A stretch of 64,000 nt of DNA. It comes from Isurus oxyrinchus. Lineage: Eukaryota. The stretch is from the NCBI GenBank assembly GCA_026770705.1, contig JANJGN010000039.1:8804001-8868000 (forward strand). The letters run 5' to 3'. Shown here piece by piece: positions 25,665 through 36,700 of the stretch (positions are counted from its first letter, which is position 1; each line of letters opens with the position of its first letter). The notes below the pieces were generated by a model. The model did no database searches. It was given only the letters and a program-made list of their open reading frames with translations, and was not told the origin of the DNA. A program made the position numbers and the translations under genes.

Positions 25665-26190
25665 AATCTTTGGTCCCCTTTATTCTAGAATGAATACACT
25701 GGCATTGGAGGCAGTTCAAAAGAGATTCAATGGGCTGATTCCTGGGATGGAAGTGTTGACTCATCGAGAACGGCTAAAGAGTTTAAGCCTTTATTCATTC
25801 GAGTTTAGAAGAATGAGGGGTGATCTTACTGAGACCTGCAAGATTTTGAGGGGGCTTGACAGTTTCAATGTTGAGAAGATGTCTCCACTCGTGGAAGAAT
25901 CTCAAACTAGGAGACATAGTTACAGCATAAGGGGCCACTCAATTAAAACTGAGCTGCATGTGGATTTCGTCTCTCAGAGGGTAGTGAATGTTTGGAATTC
26001 TCTAGCCTATTGAGCTGTGGAGTCTAAACCGTTGAAAGTATTTAATGATGATGTAGATAGATTTTTGAAATATTGGGGAGTTGAGGGCTATGAGGAGCTG
26101 GCACGAAAGAGGAGTTGAGGCCTGGGGCTAATCAACCATGATATTATTTAATGGCTCGGGTGGCTAGAGGGGCCGAATGGCCTACCTCTG
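25665..26190 (+). mobile_element. CR1 LINE 3' end
   Basis: ORF 25588..26013 ALEAVQKRFNGLIPGM...LYSFEFRRMRGDLTETCKILRG...SQRVVNVWNSL, plus 3' UTR GGGGCCGAATGGCCTACCTCTGCTCCT. Confidence 0.9.
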
Positions 26191-27214
26191 CTCCTTTTTT
26201 GTGTTCTGTCCTACACCCTAATACAAATCATCCCTTTTGTTCCTCTTCACGGCCTTCTGTGATTTCACCTGCGGAGAGAGAAACAGAGATAACATTTCGA
26301 GTCGAATATGACTCATCTTGCACACTGATCCTGCTGTTTCCCCTTCCCTACTGCAGATAGCTCTTTGTTCCATTCGCCAATATACAGATGTCAAACTGTT
26401 CCCCCTATTCATCCGGTCGTTTCACGTTGGTGTGCCACGTTCCATTTTCAACAATCTGAAGACTGAAACATTCCTAGTCGCACAGCCACATATCACAGCT
26501 GTGCCTACTACAGAATCCACTCCATGCCATTCGCCTTCATCACTGATGGTGGTGCTTCAGCGAAAGATTTCAGAACTTAACTAGCTAACTGGAAGCTTCC
26601 GAAAAGTTAAAGCCATCTACAAAATGCATCACTTCGAGAACGCTTTTGATCCATTCCTTCTGTAAAACAATTCAGGACCACTTCCATCACCCAAAGAAAG
26701 GCGAGAACTCGAAGTCTTCTCTTTATTTCTCTCTGTTTTTTATACTTTTCTTGTCAAAACTGATAACACCATTAATAAAGGCGGACCTGATGTGTTCAAG
26801 AGCGAAGGGGTAATAGAGAGAGTGATAAGTGGGAAGGCTAGAAAGAGGCAATTAGATCACGTGAAGTGTCAAGATCTGAATTATAAACACCAACACTACA
26901 TTACGTGTTTCAACGCTATTTATGTGTGTAGCCCAAGTGCTCTGGAGCACACGGGATATTTTACTGCCTTCAGGCACTGAATTTGTAAGTGGAAGCTATT
27001 GATACTGAGACGCAAGTAGAGGAAACTGGGTTGGAGGATATTATCGGTTAATTTCATGGTTTCCTACACCATAGCATGTGTATTAGTCACATATCCTCAT
27101 TACATTAGGAGCAAATTCATAAAACCTTTCAATGCATTAAATCCATAGAATATTGAGCATTTGGAAAACTTTATCAAGTGCCTTACATTTTTCCCACTTT
27201 TTGCTTTATTGCAG

Positions 27215-27242
27215 GAAAGAGAAAAAGACTAAATATTGAGAG
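27215..27242 (+). CDS. Immunoreceptor-like gene: cytoplasmic micro-exon 1 (RKRKRLNIE)
   Basis: TTTTTGCTTTATTGCAG | 28 nt | GTAATG, phase 1/2, in frame with the TM exon. Confidence 0.75.
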
Positions 27243-27414
27243 GTAATGACATTGCTTTAGTTCTCCAGTATTTATAGTTGTGAGCAAAATGCACCACACG
27301 ATATTACTCAATTCAGTAAAAGTTAAATATTTTCTTAAACTTGTGCATTGGAAAATAAACATGATTTTGGGGGGAATACTTCTAACAAATCAGTAACTTT
27401 CTTTCATTTTAAAG

Positions 27415-27467
27415 GTGTACAGCGTCTGCAAGTGGAATGGCAAATCAGCAAGATGGTGATCTCCTGT
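27415..27467 (+). CDS. Immunoreceptor-like gene: cytoplasmic exon 2 (RCTASASGMANQQDGDLL)
   Basis: TTTCTTTCATTTTAAAG | 53 nt | GTAAGT, phase 2/1. Confidence 0.75.
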
Positions 27468-27850
27468 GTAAGTATAGTAATGTTGACATTGACTGTATTT
27501 CTTGATCAAGGATCATTGCTCTTTCTGACACTGTCCGTCACGGTTGTCTGAATGGCTTATGTAGTTATTTCCAATATTCTCCCTTCTATATTTAAATAGA
27601 ATTTATTTGGTAGAACTAGTATAGAATTAGAAACATTTCTAAAGATTGTTGATCACTTGGTTGCAAAAAACATGAATCACTGGGGACCAAATTTTTCATG
27701 GGTCATCAAACACACTGCATCCATTTTAGAGTGTTATACTACACACCCAGTATTCTGTTCTATTAAAGTCGTGGTTACAGGAAAACTGGATGATATGGGA
27801 ATCGAATTATTCGTGGGCTGGCACATCAAACACACGGGATCTATTTAAAA

Positions 27851-28058
27851 GTGGAAAAGACTCAGCAGGTCTGACAGCATCTGTGGAGAGAAAGGGACAG
27901 TTAACGTTTGGAGTCAGTATGTCTCTTCTTCAGAGCTCTGGAAAGAGCCAAACGCATTCGAAAGGTTCGCTTTTTCTTTCTCTCCATGGATACTGTCAGA
28001 CCTGCTCAGTGTTTGTCAAGCATTTTCTATTCTTGTTTCAGATCACCAGTATCCGCAG
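27851..28058. mobile_element. Palindromic (fold-back) Penelope terminal-repeat dimer
   Basis: Arms CTCAGCAGGTCTGACAGCATCTGTGGAGAGA / TCTCTCCATGGATACTGTCAGACCTGCTCAG are inverted about CAGAGCTCTG (27931-27940). Confidence 0.8.
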
Positions 28059-28244
28059 AGCAGGAGTGTTTGACTGCCTGCAAGTCATGTGTTTGAAATG
28101 GAATTGAAATTCACGTCGTTCCTATAAAGAACAACAAATCTGTAACACCGCTTAATGTCAATAGACAAGGAACTTGCTAGACCATTTACGCTCCATGAAA
28201 GCATGCAATAATTGAATCAAAATGCACTTGTCTTTCCTTTTCAG

Positions 28245-28282
28245 ATCTTAACCAGAGTGGTTCCTCCAACCTGGAGATGAAC
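28245..28282 (+). CDS. Immunoreceptor-like gene: cytoplasmic exon 3 (YLNQSGSSNLEMN)
   Basis: TCTTTCCTTTTCAG | 38 nt | GTAAGC, phase 1/0. The T|AT junction creates a Tyr. Confidence 0.75.
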
Positions 28283-28346
28283 GTAAGCACCTATTTTGAA
28301 TATTGCTATTATTCTCAGCCAACTCACGGAAAAATGGACGCAAACA

Positions 28347-28390
28347 TATGATATTCTGAGTGGGAGGTATGATATTCTGAGTGGGAGGTA
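28347..28390 (+). repeat. 21-bp perfect tandem duplication TATGATATTCTGAGTGGGAGG x2
   Basis: Read directly. Confidence 0.95.
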
Positions 28391-29219
28391 GAGAGTGAGG
28401 TATAGGGGGCAAAAAGTGAACAGGGAAACCTGGAATTGCAGATCAAGGAAGAGAGAATGAATATTGAGACAGAGGAAAAGGGTGGGAGACCGAGCAAGAG
28501 CGGGAAAAAAAAAGAAAAGCCTGAAATTTGGGAACACAAGGAAAGACAGGAGGCGCGAGAGTGACTTAGAGAGTGACATAGGGAGGGACAAAAGAACAGG
28601 GGGCAGGCTGAGGAAGGGTGAGTGAAATTCAAAAGGAACATTCGATAGAAGAAATGAAACAATAAATCAGTGCATGATCGCACCATTGTTGAAGCGAACA
28701 GCCAAGGAGGAGGCCGTTCTGCCCATCGTCCAAGGGCTATCAGCCTCACTTACTCCTCCATGCTAGAACCGTGCCCATATCACTGTAAATTCCTCATTCA
28801 AAATATTTTTTGAAACATTGCACGGGGTTGCCTTCAATCACGTTATCAGATGGTATGCTCCAGATTCTAACAACTCTCTGAATGAAAAACAAGGTAACAA
28901 CAATCTATGCTCTTCTGCCCTCCAGTTTTATTTAATTCTCCAAATAAAGTCCACTCCCTGCTGTTGTAGGATGGCCCAGTAGTTAGCGGGAATATTATCT
29001 TCCCTCTATCGACTATGTTGAAAATGTCATCGCCGTGGAAACATATCTCAGTTAAACTCATAGTTCGAAGCAATGACTCATTTGTTTTAGTGTATTTTAT
29101 CTCCAAGGAAGCCCCACGTCCCCTTAATTTACTAATGAACGCACTTATGCTTTACCCTTTTTCTGAGGTCATTAACTCCTTCCTGAAGTCTGGTGTTTAG
29201 GTTTCAGAAATAAGTTTTT

Positions 29220-29560
29220 CATGGGTTGTGGGTGCCATTATCAAGGCGTCCCGAAATCACCCTTAAAATGAGCGGCTTGCTTGGCCATTTCAGAGGGCAG
29301 GTAAGGGCCAATCACTTTGCTTTTAGGTCTGGACTTACAGGTGGGCCAGACCAGATGAGGGCGTCAGATTTCCTTCCCTCGAGCACATGCGTGAACCTGA
29401 TGGGCTGCTAGAACAAACAATGGTAGCTTCATGAGGCCACATTCCATTTCCACATTTATTAAGTGAACTTGGATGAGCCTGATCAGTTAATTCAGTAAGT
29501 GTTAATCAAGGCTTCTGAATTACCTTTCCAAGCACTTGGTCACTAGGCCACTGCCTCCCC
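29220..29560 (-). mobile_element. SINE copy (same family as 24455-24780)
   Basis: GGCCATTTCAGAGGGCAG..GGTCTGGA..GGCCAGACCAG..CAGATTTCCTTCCCT is the reverse complement of that SINE core. Confidence 0.6.
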
Positions 29561-29805
29561 TGAATTGCCCACAGTGCTCTAACCAATGATATTATAAATC
29601 TGCAAAATGTCATCTTCGTAGTTATATTCCTCCCGTCATGTCCTTATGACTCAATCCAAATTATATGTTCTTCAAATCAATTTATTAGACTGCTCTGTGT
29701 CATGGAAAGAACATATAGCTTTCAGGAATTTAAATTTAGCTTGCGCCTGTTGCGATCACCTTGTTCCCTTTGCTTTTATTATTTCCTGTGTGTTATTCAT
29801 CGCAG

Positions 29806-29931
29806 GGATTCTATTCTGAAGTGCTAGAGGACGACAATGGGGAGATAAACTATGCATCGTTGAACCTGGAAGCCCTCAGTTGGAAAGATGGGGCCTCCAC
29901 CTGTGAACCAGGCGCCAACTTCCCAGCTAAA
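29806..29931 (+). CDS. Immunoreceptor-like gene: ITIM exon (GFYSEVLEDDNGEINYASLNLEALSWKDGASTCEPGANFPAK)
   Basis: Acceptor TTATTCATCGCAG, donor GTAGGG, 126 nt, phase 0/0. INYASL fits the ITIM consensus [ILVS]xYxx[LV]. Confidence 0.8.
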
Positions 29932-30140
29932 GTAGGGAAAAAAATTATATTTCTGTTCTGTGGGTGCTTGATTTGTGTGATGAAAAAGTGGGCGTAAAGA
30001 GGCAGAAGGAAAACTAAAAGGGGGAAATGTCAAAAAGTTTGTAGCTGGGGGTAAAGGAAAATAGAGCAGGACCCTAGGAAATACAAAGAAAATAAAAATG
30101 ATGCAGAGACAGAGAAAAAACGCAGAGGACATGGAGACGC

Positions 30141-30168
30141 AGAGAGAGAGAGAGAGAGAGAGAGAGAG
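30141..30168 (+). repeat. (AG)n microsatellite in a purine-rich intron
   Basis: Read directly. Confidence 0.95.
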
Positions 30169-30473
30169 CGTGGGAGAGGGAAAAGGTGAGTAAGAGAGAC
30201 AGCGAGAGAACATGGAGGTGGGGTGTCGAGGATGTGAGAGTGAGAGAGGGAGGGAATCAATGAGAGAGACAGAGACAGAACATGAGGCTTGGGGAGCGAG
30301 AGCGAGAGATAGCATGGGAGAGGGAGAACGTGAGTGAGAGAGACGGGGAGAGAACATCGGGGTGAAGTTGAATGGATTGCCAGATTAAGGGAGGAGAGCA
30401 TGAGGTTGATAAAAGGCGAATCGAGAGAAAGGTGATCTTACCCACTTGTGCCATTGTGTTTCTTTCCTTGTAG

Positions 30474-30557
30474 AAGAAGCGTTCTGAATTAGCAAAGAGC
30501 GAGTTTCAAGATGTCACCTGCGCACCTGTGAGAGTTGACTCTGAGAAACCGCAATGA
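30474..30557 (+). CDS. Immunoreceptor-like gene: terminal coding exon (KKRSELAKSEFQDVTCAPVRVDSEKPQ*)
   Basis: TGTTTCTTTCCTTGTAG acceptor, phase 0, TGA at 30555-30557, AATAAA at 30766-30771. Confidence 0.7.
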   Translation, partial: KKRSELAKSEFQDVTCAPVRVDSEKPQ

Positions 30558-30765
30558 ATGGACACTGCACCGCGTTAGACTCTGTAAGCTGTTCCGCCTG
30601 CATGTTACCAAAACACTTTGACTAAGTGCGAATATCGCCACTTACGGGACCTGTATGAACTGTGGTACTTAAAGATTTTTTTGAGAGGTTATAAATCTGC
30701 ACGCATATCAGCTTGAAGCACTTTTTCATGTTGCAATATATTCTACGCTCTTTGAATGTGTTTAT

Positions 30766-30771
30766 AATAAA
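30766..30771 (+). terminator. Putative polyadenylation signal of the immunoreceptor-like gene
   Basis: AATAAA ~210 nt after the stop, followed by T/G-rich sequence. Confidence 0.45.
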
Positions 30772-31175
30772 CTTTGAATGAACTTTTTCTATATTTGGTG
30801 GCAATAATCCAGATTGAAATTATTCAAAAAGTTACAATTTCAGTTTCGCTTTGATACAAATATCCAAGTTGGAACCATAAGCATAATTTGTTCGTACGCA
30901 ATTGTCCATCTGATCGCATCAGCAGAATAGTTAGCAATTAGGTTCTTACAATAAATGCTCATTTAGTAGCACAGGACTAGAGTACTGCTGCTAAAATAGA
31001 CCCACTGTCACAGCTTTTCGCCTTACGCTCATCAGGATAGCTCGTGACAAATTACCAACAGGAAAGGAGGAGTGATAATGTATACTCCAACTCTCACAGC
31101 AGTCACACATCTAACGCCAGGCCGCCTCGTTTTGAACACACAGCTGAATTATTCCCTGTGTGTCATTCATCGCAG

Positions 31176-31277
31176 AGACTCTATTCTGAAGTGCTAGCGA
31201 ATGACAATGAGGAGATAGACTATATTTCGTTGAACCTGGAAGCCCTCAGTCGGAAAGAAGAGGCCTCCACTGTTTAA
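31176..31277 (+). CDS. Duplicated ITIM exon, possible alternative terminal exon (RLYSEVLANDNEEIDYISLNLEALSRKEEASTV*)
   Basis: Paralogue of 29806-29900 including the acceptor ATTCATCGCAG; open to TAA. Confidence 0.55.
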   Translation, partial: RLYSEVLANDNEEIDYISLNLEALSRKEEASTV

Positions 31278-34259
31278 TATTAAATCTTCCAGCCTCACGC
31301 ACAGTCATCTTAATTCAGCGGATGAAAACATGATTTTCAATTATGAATTTTTTTTAAAAAATCACTCTTTAAGAATACTGGCTGCTGAGTCATCGGAGAA
31401 ATGTGGAAGCATATATCTCTGTGAGTCAATGGGGACATCGCTCCAACAATGGCACTGGGCTGAATGAGCATTAAAACTATCCGCAAGATGAGATATTTCA
31501 TTATTTTCAGTGGATTTGCTGAGAGTTAGTATCAGGATGCTGGAGTTGAAGTGTCCTTATTCTAATCTCCGAGACTGTGCTGCTTTCATATTCACACACA
31601 ATCGGGTAGTGACATCACTCACTGAACTTATTGGGGCAGAAGGCGTTTCACTTCCTGCTGCATCTCATTTACCTGAGTGAAGGCTTCAGGCCAGAGCTCC
31701 ACTCGGTGGTCGCTTGCTGAACGTCGTCTAGGGTGCCTTGAGGTGTATTTAAGTGGTGCAGTGTAGCTGAAAACGCAGCTGCACTTATTGCAGGAGGCTG
31801 AATCAGAGTTTCCTTGTATGGATTGTCTGTAAAAGGAAAAGGAGCAATGTGGAAGAGTGAAGGCGCTGACGGCAGTGTTGCAGTTCTTTAGTCCAGGGCT
31901 CTGCAGGAGGACCGAGGCCACTGTTCTGTTGTGGGCTGTGCAGGAGAACATGAAACAGAACGATCAGGAGGAAATGATTGCAGGGGGCGAAGGAGGGATG
32001 TTCGCAGAGTTTCTCCTCGAGGAACTAAAAGCGTGTTACTCGATGTGAGACACCATTGTAGAGTCACTAGGACAGAGAAAGAAGACAAACGGCTTTTCCA
32101 TCAATGCAAGTTCCTGGGCAATAGATGTAGCCCCATCCTCCGCCCTATTCCCATGTCCTGCATGTTAATTTCCACCAAACAATGTTTATTTGATATCATG
32201 ACTATACCTGCTTCTATATTTAAAAGCAGCAAATTCCCAATCATTACCATCTGCTGCATCAAAGTTATTGTCCCCATCACCCTTACACACACCCTATGCC
32301 TACGCCTCAGTAACTTTTCACCTAAAGTCAAACTGAGGAGAACATACACAAGGCTGGAGTGTGGAACGAAAGCTGCTCGTGATATTCGAATCAGCACGTA
32401 AAAATGTTACAGTTATATTAGGAAAAGCACGGTTGGCGTAAGCAGTGTTGGTCAGTTCAAAACTGATAATGATGTTCCTGTCAATGAAACTAATCAGGTA
32501 GCGGACACGCTGAATGGTAACCATGTTTCAGTTATTGAAGTTGAGGAATAGATCAGCCTGTCAGAGATCCCATGGAAACTATTCCTGAATCAGGTGCAGG
32601 AATTCAACAAAGTTAATGTGAACAACAATAATATTAATAGACAAATTATAGACACATGGGAGGGGAAAATCTCCAAGACCAGAAGTTTTATTCCTAGGGT
32701 GTGAAAGGAAGTAAATGGGAACGTTGTAGATGCCTTAATCATAAATGTAACATTTTTCTCCACTCCTTTCACATAAAAGGAAAGTGACGGGGCAATCCCG
32801 TAAGATAGAAATAAGGAGGCTTTTTTTTTTTCACTGAAAGAAACACGCACCATTCGAGTTTTCATCCTTAAAGGCCAGTGGAAGCAGAACTTCTCAATAA
32901 TATTTTAAGGCAGAACAAGATAAATTGCTGGGAGGCAAGATGGTTGAAATTTTATCAATGGTAGGAGCGAATGTAGAGATGATGATATGGTCAGGTCAGT
33001 CTTTATATTATCAATTGTGAAGAAGTCACGAGGGGCCGAGTGGACTACTGTTCCTAATTCGTATCTTCATATGTTCGCATGTGTTATGTGATGGGGAGGG
33101 AAATCTGCTGCAAAGCTTGGAATCACCAATACGTTTTCACCTTGTTTAGCGACAAACACAAGCAGGAATAGAAACCACAGAGAGGTTCATATGACAACGG
33201 GGGTTATAAATGCTGAGTTAGTGACATTGAACATGTTCAGCATGCTTGTTGGGATTCTGAGATCGTGTTTTCCTTCGGACGAAATAAGACGACAATAATC
33301 TTGTCATAAGATGGTAGACATTTGTTGAGGAGGGAGGTGGGGGGAGAGAAAGAGAGAGTGAAATGCCGCTAGACGGAGTGTAACTTTATCATTTGCAGTA
33401 AGATTTTTCAAATGTAACTTTATTTTTCAACTCCTGCATCTGGTTTAACTTTTATTTGTCTGTAGAGCATTTTAACTTAATTTTATATATTCGCTCATAA
33501 TTTAATTGTGTACTTTATTTTTCCTTCCATTTCGACCCATTCCTGAGCATAATTATTTCTTTCATTTTATCGTTCCTGCTTTTCCTGTCATTGTACTTAC
33601 TGTTGAGTTTTGCCTTAAGCCCTGAATTCTAGGCTATCCAATCTCGTAGAGACCAGCCTTCCTTCTAAGTTCTGGTGAAATAGCTTGCTCCTTTTTAAAT
33701 ATAATTTTACAATCATTATGGTTATTAATCCTAATTTGCTTGAAAAAATGTCTTCGATTCTGTTCTCTATGGTTCAGCTTTTTAGCACATACTCATTTAC
33801 GCTCAAAAGCCTTTTTGCTTGACAGTGTTTTTAGTTTCAAATATGCTTCTGCACTGGTAGTTCTGTGTTGCTGAATCTGTTCTCCATGTATTACTTCTCC
33901 TCCATTGTTTTGATCATCTTTTTAGTATTTCATACTGCTGTGCTCCCTCTCTGATCATCCACATGTAATAGTTGAACGTCATATGTTGCATTTAATGGAG
34001 CCCATCATTAACCTTTTCGTAGAATTGTCGAAAATTACAACACGGCGTCTTCACAGGCCAAAAATGAAACGTCCAGCTTCATCCCAATTTCAAACTCAAT
34101 CTGTAGCCCTGCTGTTTACAGCACTTGAGGTGTATATCAATACATTAATTGGGTTGTGGGTTTTGTTCCTCTGCTGCCTTTCCGGGCAGTAAGTTCAAGG
34201 CACCCACATACCTCTGGGTAAGAAGAAAACATGCCTTTTTTTAAAGCAATCCTCTTACC

Positions 34260-35780
34260 TGGGCGTCGCTGGCCAAGTTATCAAGCTTTTGCCGACCCAT
34301 AAATGCACTTGGCATGGTGCCTGGTGAGCTGCCCTCATGAACGGCTACATACCTTGTGATGTGTGTAAACCCACAATGCTGTTCTGGGAGACGCCCAGCT
34401 CCTGCGCCAGCTGCAGCAAATGGAAGGTGACATGTTTTAAATTCATGATGATGTGTGGATTGAAGGGGAACTCACAGGCGGTGGTTTTCCCGTGCATCTG
34501 CTTTTCTTGTCCGTCTAAATGCTAGCAGTTGTGGATTTCTTTGTGGCTGTCTAAGGGTCTTGCGCCTTCTTGGATCCATCTTGTCAATAGTACACAGCTC
34601 TGTAACTATGGGTCAGTGTTGGAGGGAGAGTGTATATGTGAATATAGTGCCAATCAATGTATTGTCCTGGATGATTTCAAGCTTCTTCCGTGTTGGAGCT
34701 GCCCATCTCCAGGCAAGTTCAAAGCATTCCATAAGAAACCTCTCGTGTGCCCTCAAGATTGTGGACAAGAATCTGGGAGCTGTTGGCCGGAGTAGTATTA
34801 GCCTCTGGCCGGTAATTGAAGCCGAGGTATTGATATGGCAGCCAATTCAGTCACTGATCAATGATAAATTCCACGCTGTTGAATGTGGGGACTACAGTGA
34901 TGGCAGTGCCATTCAATGTCAAAGGCATTGTTAGATTCGGGACATTGCCTGTCAACTGTGTGCGGTGAATTCTACTTGCCACTTGAAAACCAAAGCTTGC
35001 ATATTGTGCAAGTGATGGCATATTTGTATCTGGATTGCTTCAGTGTCTGAGGACTCACGAATGGCACTAAACATTGTGCAGTGAACATCTCCACTTGTAA
35101 CCTTATGATGGCAATAAGGACATTGATGATGCAGCTGAGATGGCTGGCCGAGGACACAACAATATGGAACTTATGCAGTGATGCACTCGGGCTGGGACCA
35201 TTGACCTCCAGAAACCACAAATATCTTGCTTTGAGCTAGGTATGAATTAAACCACCGGGAATTTTTCCCTCTTTAGTATTGACTCCAAATATTCTCGGGC
35301 GTCATGATGTCACACTCTGTCAAATGCTGCCTTGATGCTAGAGGCAGCAATTCTTACTTCGTCTCTGAATATTAATCAGTATCTATTCTTTGACTAAGGC
35401 TGTATTGTGCTCAAGGGCTGAGTGATCCGAGCAGAAAAAAAACACATCAGCGAATATGTTATTGCTAATTAAACGCTGCTTCATTATATATTCATAACGC
35501 CTTCTATCACCACTTCACGTGGAAAGCAAACTGGTGGTACAACAGTTGACTGGGTTGGATTTGCCCGGTTTTTTTTACGACAGAACGTACCTGAGCAATT
35601 GCCCATGTTTCCAGGTATATGCCAGTTTTGCCTGTACTGGAAGGGCTTAGCAATGGGCGCGACAAGTACTGTAACACAGGTCCTCAGTGATATTGCTGGA
35701 ATATTGTTAAGATCCATTGTCCTTGTGTATCCTCTGCCTTCAGTCATTTCGTGATATCACGTGGAATGAATCGAATTGGC
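34260..35780 (-). mobile_element. Decayed CR1/L2-group LINE RT and 3' tail
   Basis: Same tail and RT-like sequence family as 3850-4770. Confidence 0.65.
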
Positions 35781-35789
35781 AGAGGAATG

Positions 35790-36700
35790 TCCCCCTCTAC
35801 TCTTTGAACAAACATCGTAAGTATATGTCCGCTCGTCACTGATCTCTCCGTTCATACAAATAGACGGTTGCACGCATTCTATCCTGGCTCCACACAGTTT
35901 TGTACATCTCAATTAAATCTCAGCAAGTCTCCTCAGTTTCAAGGAGACGAAGCCCTAGCCGATCCAATCTTTCCTCAAAGCTTTAATTTTCCAGTCCTAG
36001 CAACATCCTTAGAAATATTTTCTCTACCCTCTTTAATGCAATTGCATCCTTTCTGTAATATGGCGACCTGGCCTGCGCACAGCATTAAGGTTTGCTTCCA
36101 AGTAATGTTTTAGATAGTTCCAGCATAACCTCCGTACTGTTATATTATGTGTCTCGGTTAAAAAACATGGAAGCATTCCAGATAGCTTCTCAGCCGCCTC
36201 ACCAACTTTTCCTCCTGCCTTCGGGCATGAGTGGGCTATCCCTTCAAGATCCAGAATCCTCAAGATCTCTTATTATCATTCCATTTATTGCGCAATAATT
36301 TCCTTTGTTTGGCCTTATTAAATGCATCGCCTCACAGTTCTGTGGGTTGAATTCCACTTGAAACGTTTCTGTCCACCTGACCAGTCCGTGAATACCTTGC
36401 TGCAATCTACAGAATTCCTTCTCGCTATCAAACGCTCGGTCAATTTTTTTCAGGCCTACAACTTCTTTCTCAGTCCCGCGACATTTGTAACTAAAACCAT
36501 TAATAAACGCCATACAAAGCAGAGTTACAACTGAGAAGTCCAGATGAAGCTCAATGGGAACAGCTCTCGGGTCACAAAAGCACCCGTCATTAATTATTCT
36601 TTGTTTTCAATGAATTAGTTTCATATCCAGCTTTTTACATTGTCCTGGAACATATGGGCTTCCATATATTTTAACCAATCAGCCATGTGCGATTTCGTCA
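35790..36700 (-). mobile_element. Decayed CR1 RT/3' region
   Basis: ORF 36244..36513 RLQQGIHGLVRWTETFQVEFNPQNCEAMHL (cf. CR1 LQ.DLD.L..W...WQM.FN..KC.VMH). Confidence 0.8.

Noticed and set aside
29824-30454. Ser/Leu-rich minus-strand ORFs (also 28241..28749, 59605..59802)
   Set aside because: Translations of GA-rich low-complexity sequence.
31931-32401. 156-aa ORF
   Set aside because: The 3' part is an antisense CR1 3' UTR fragment; the 5' part only faintly resembles a Harbinger transposase start, too weak to call.
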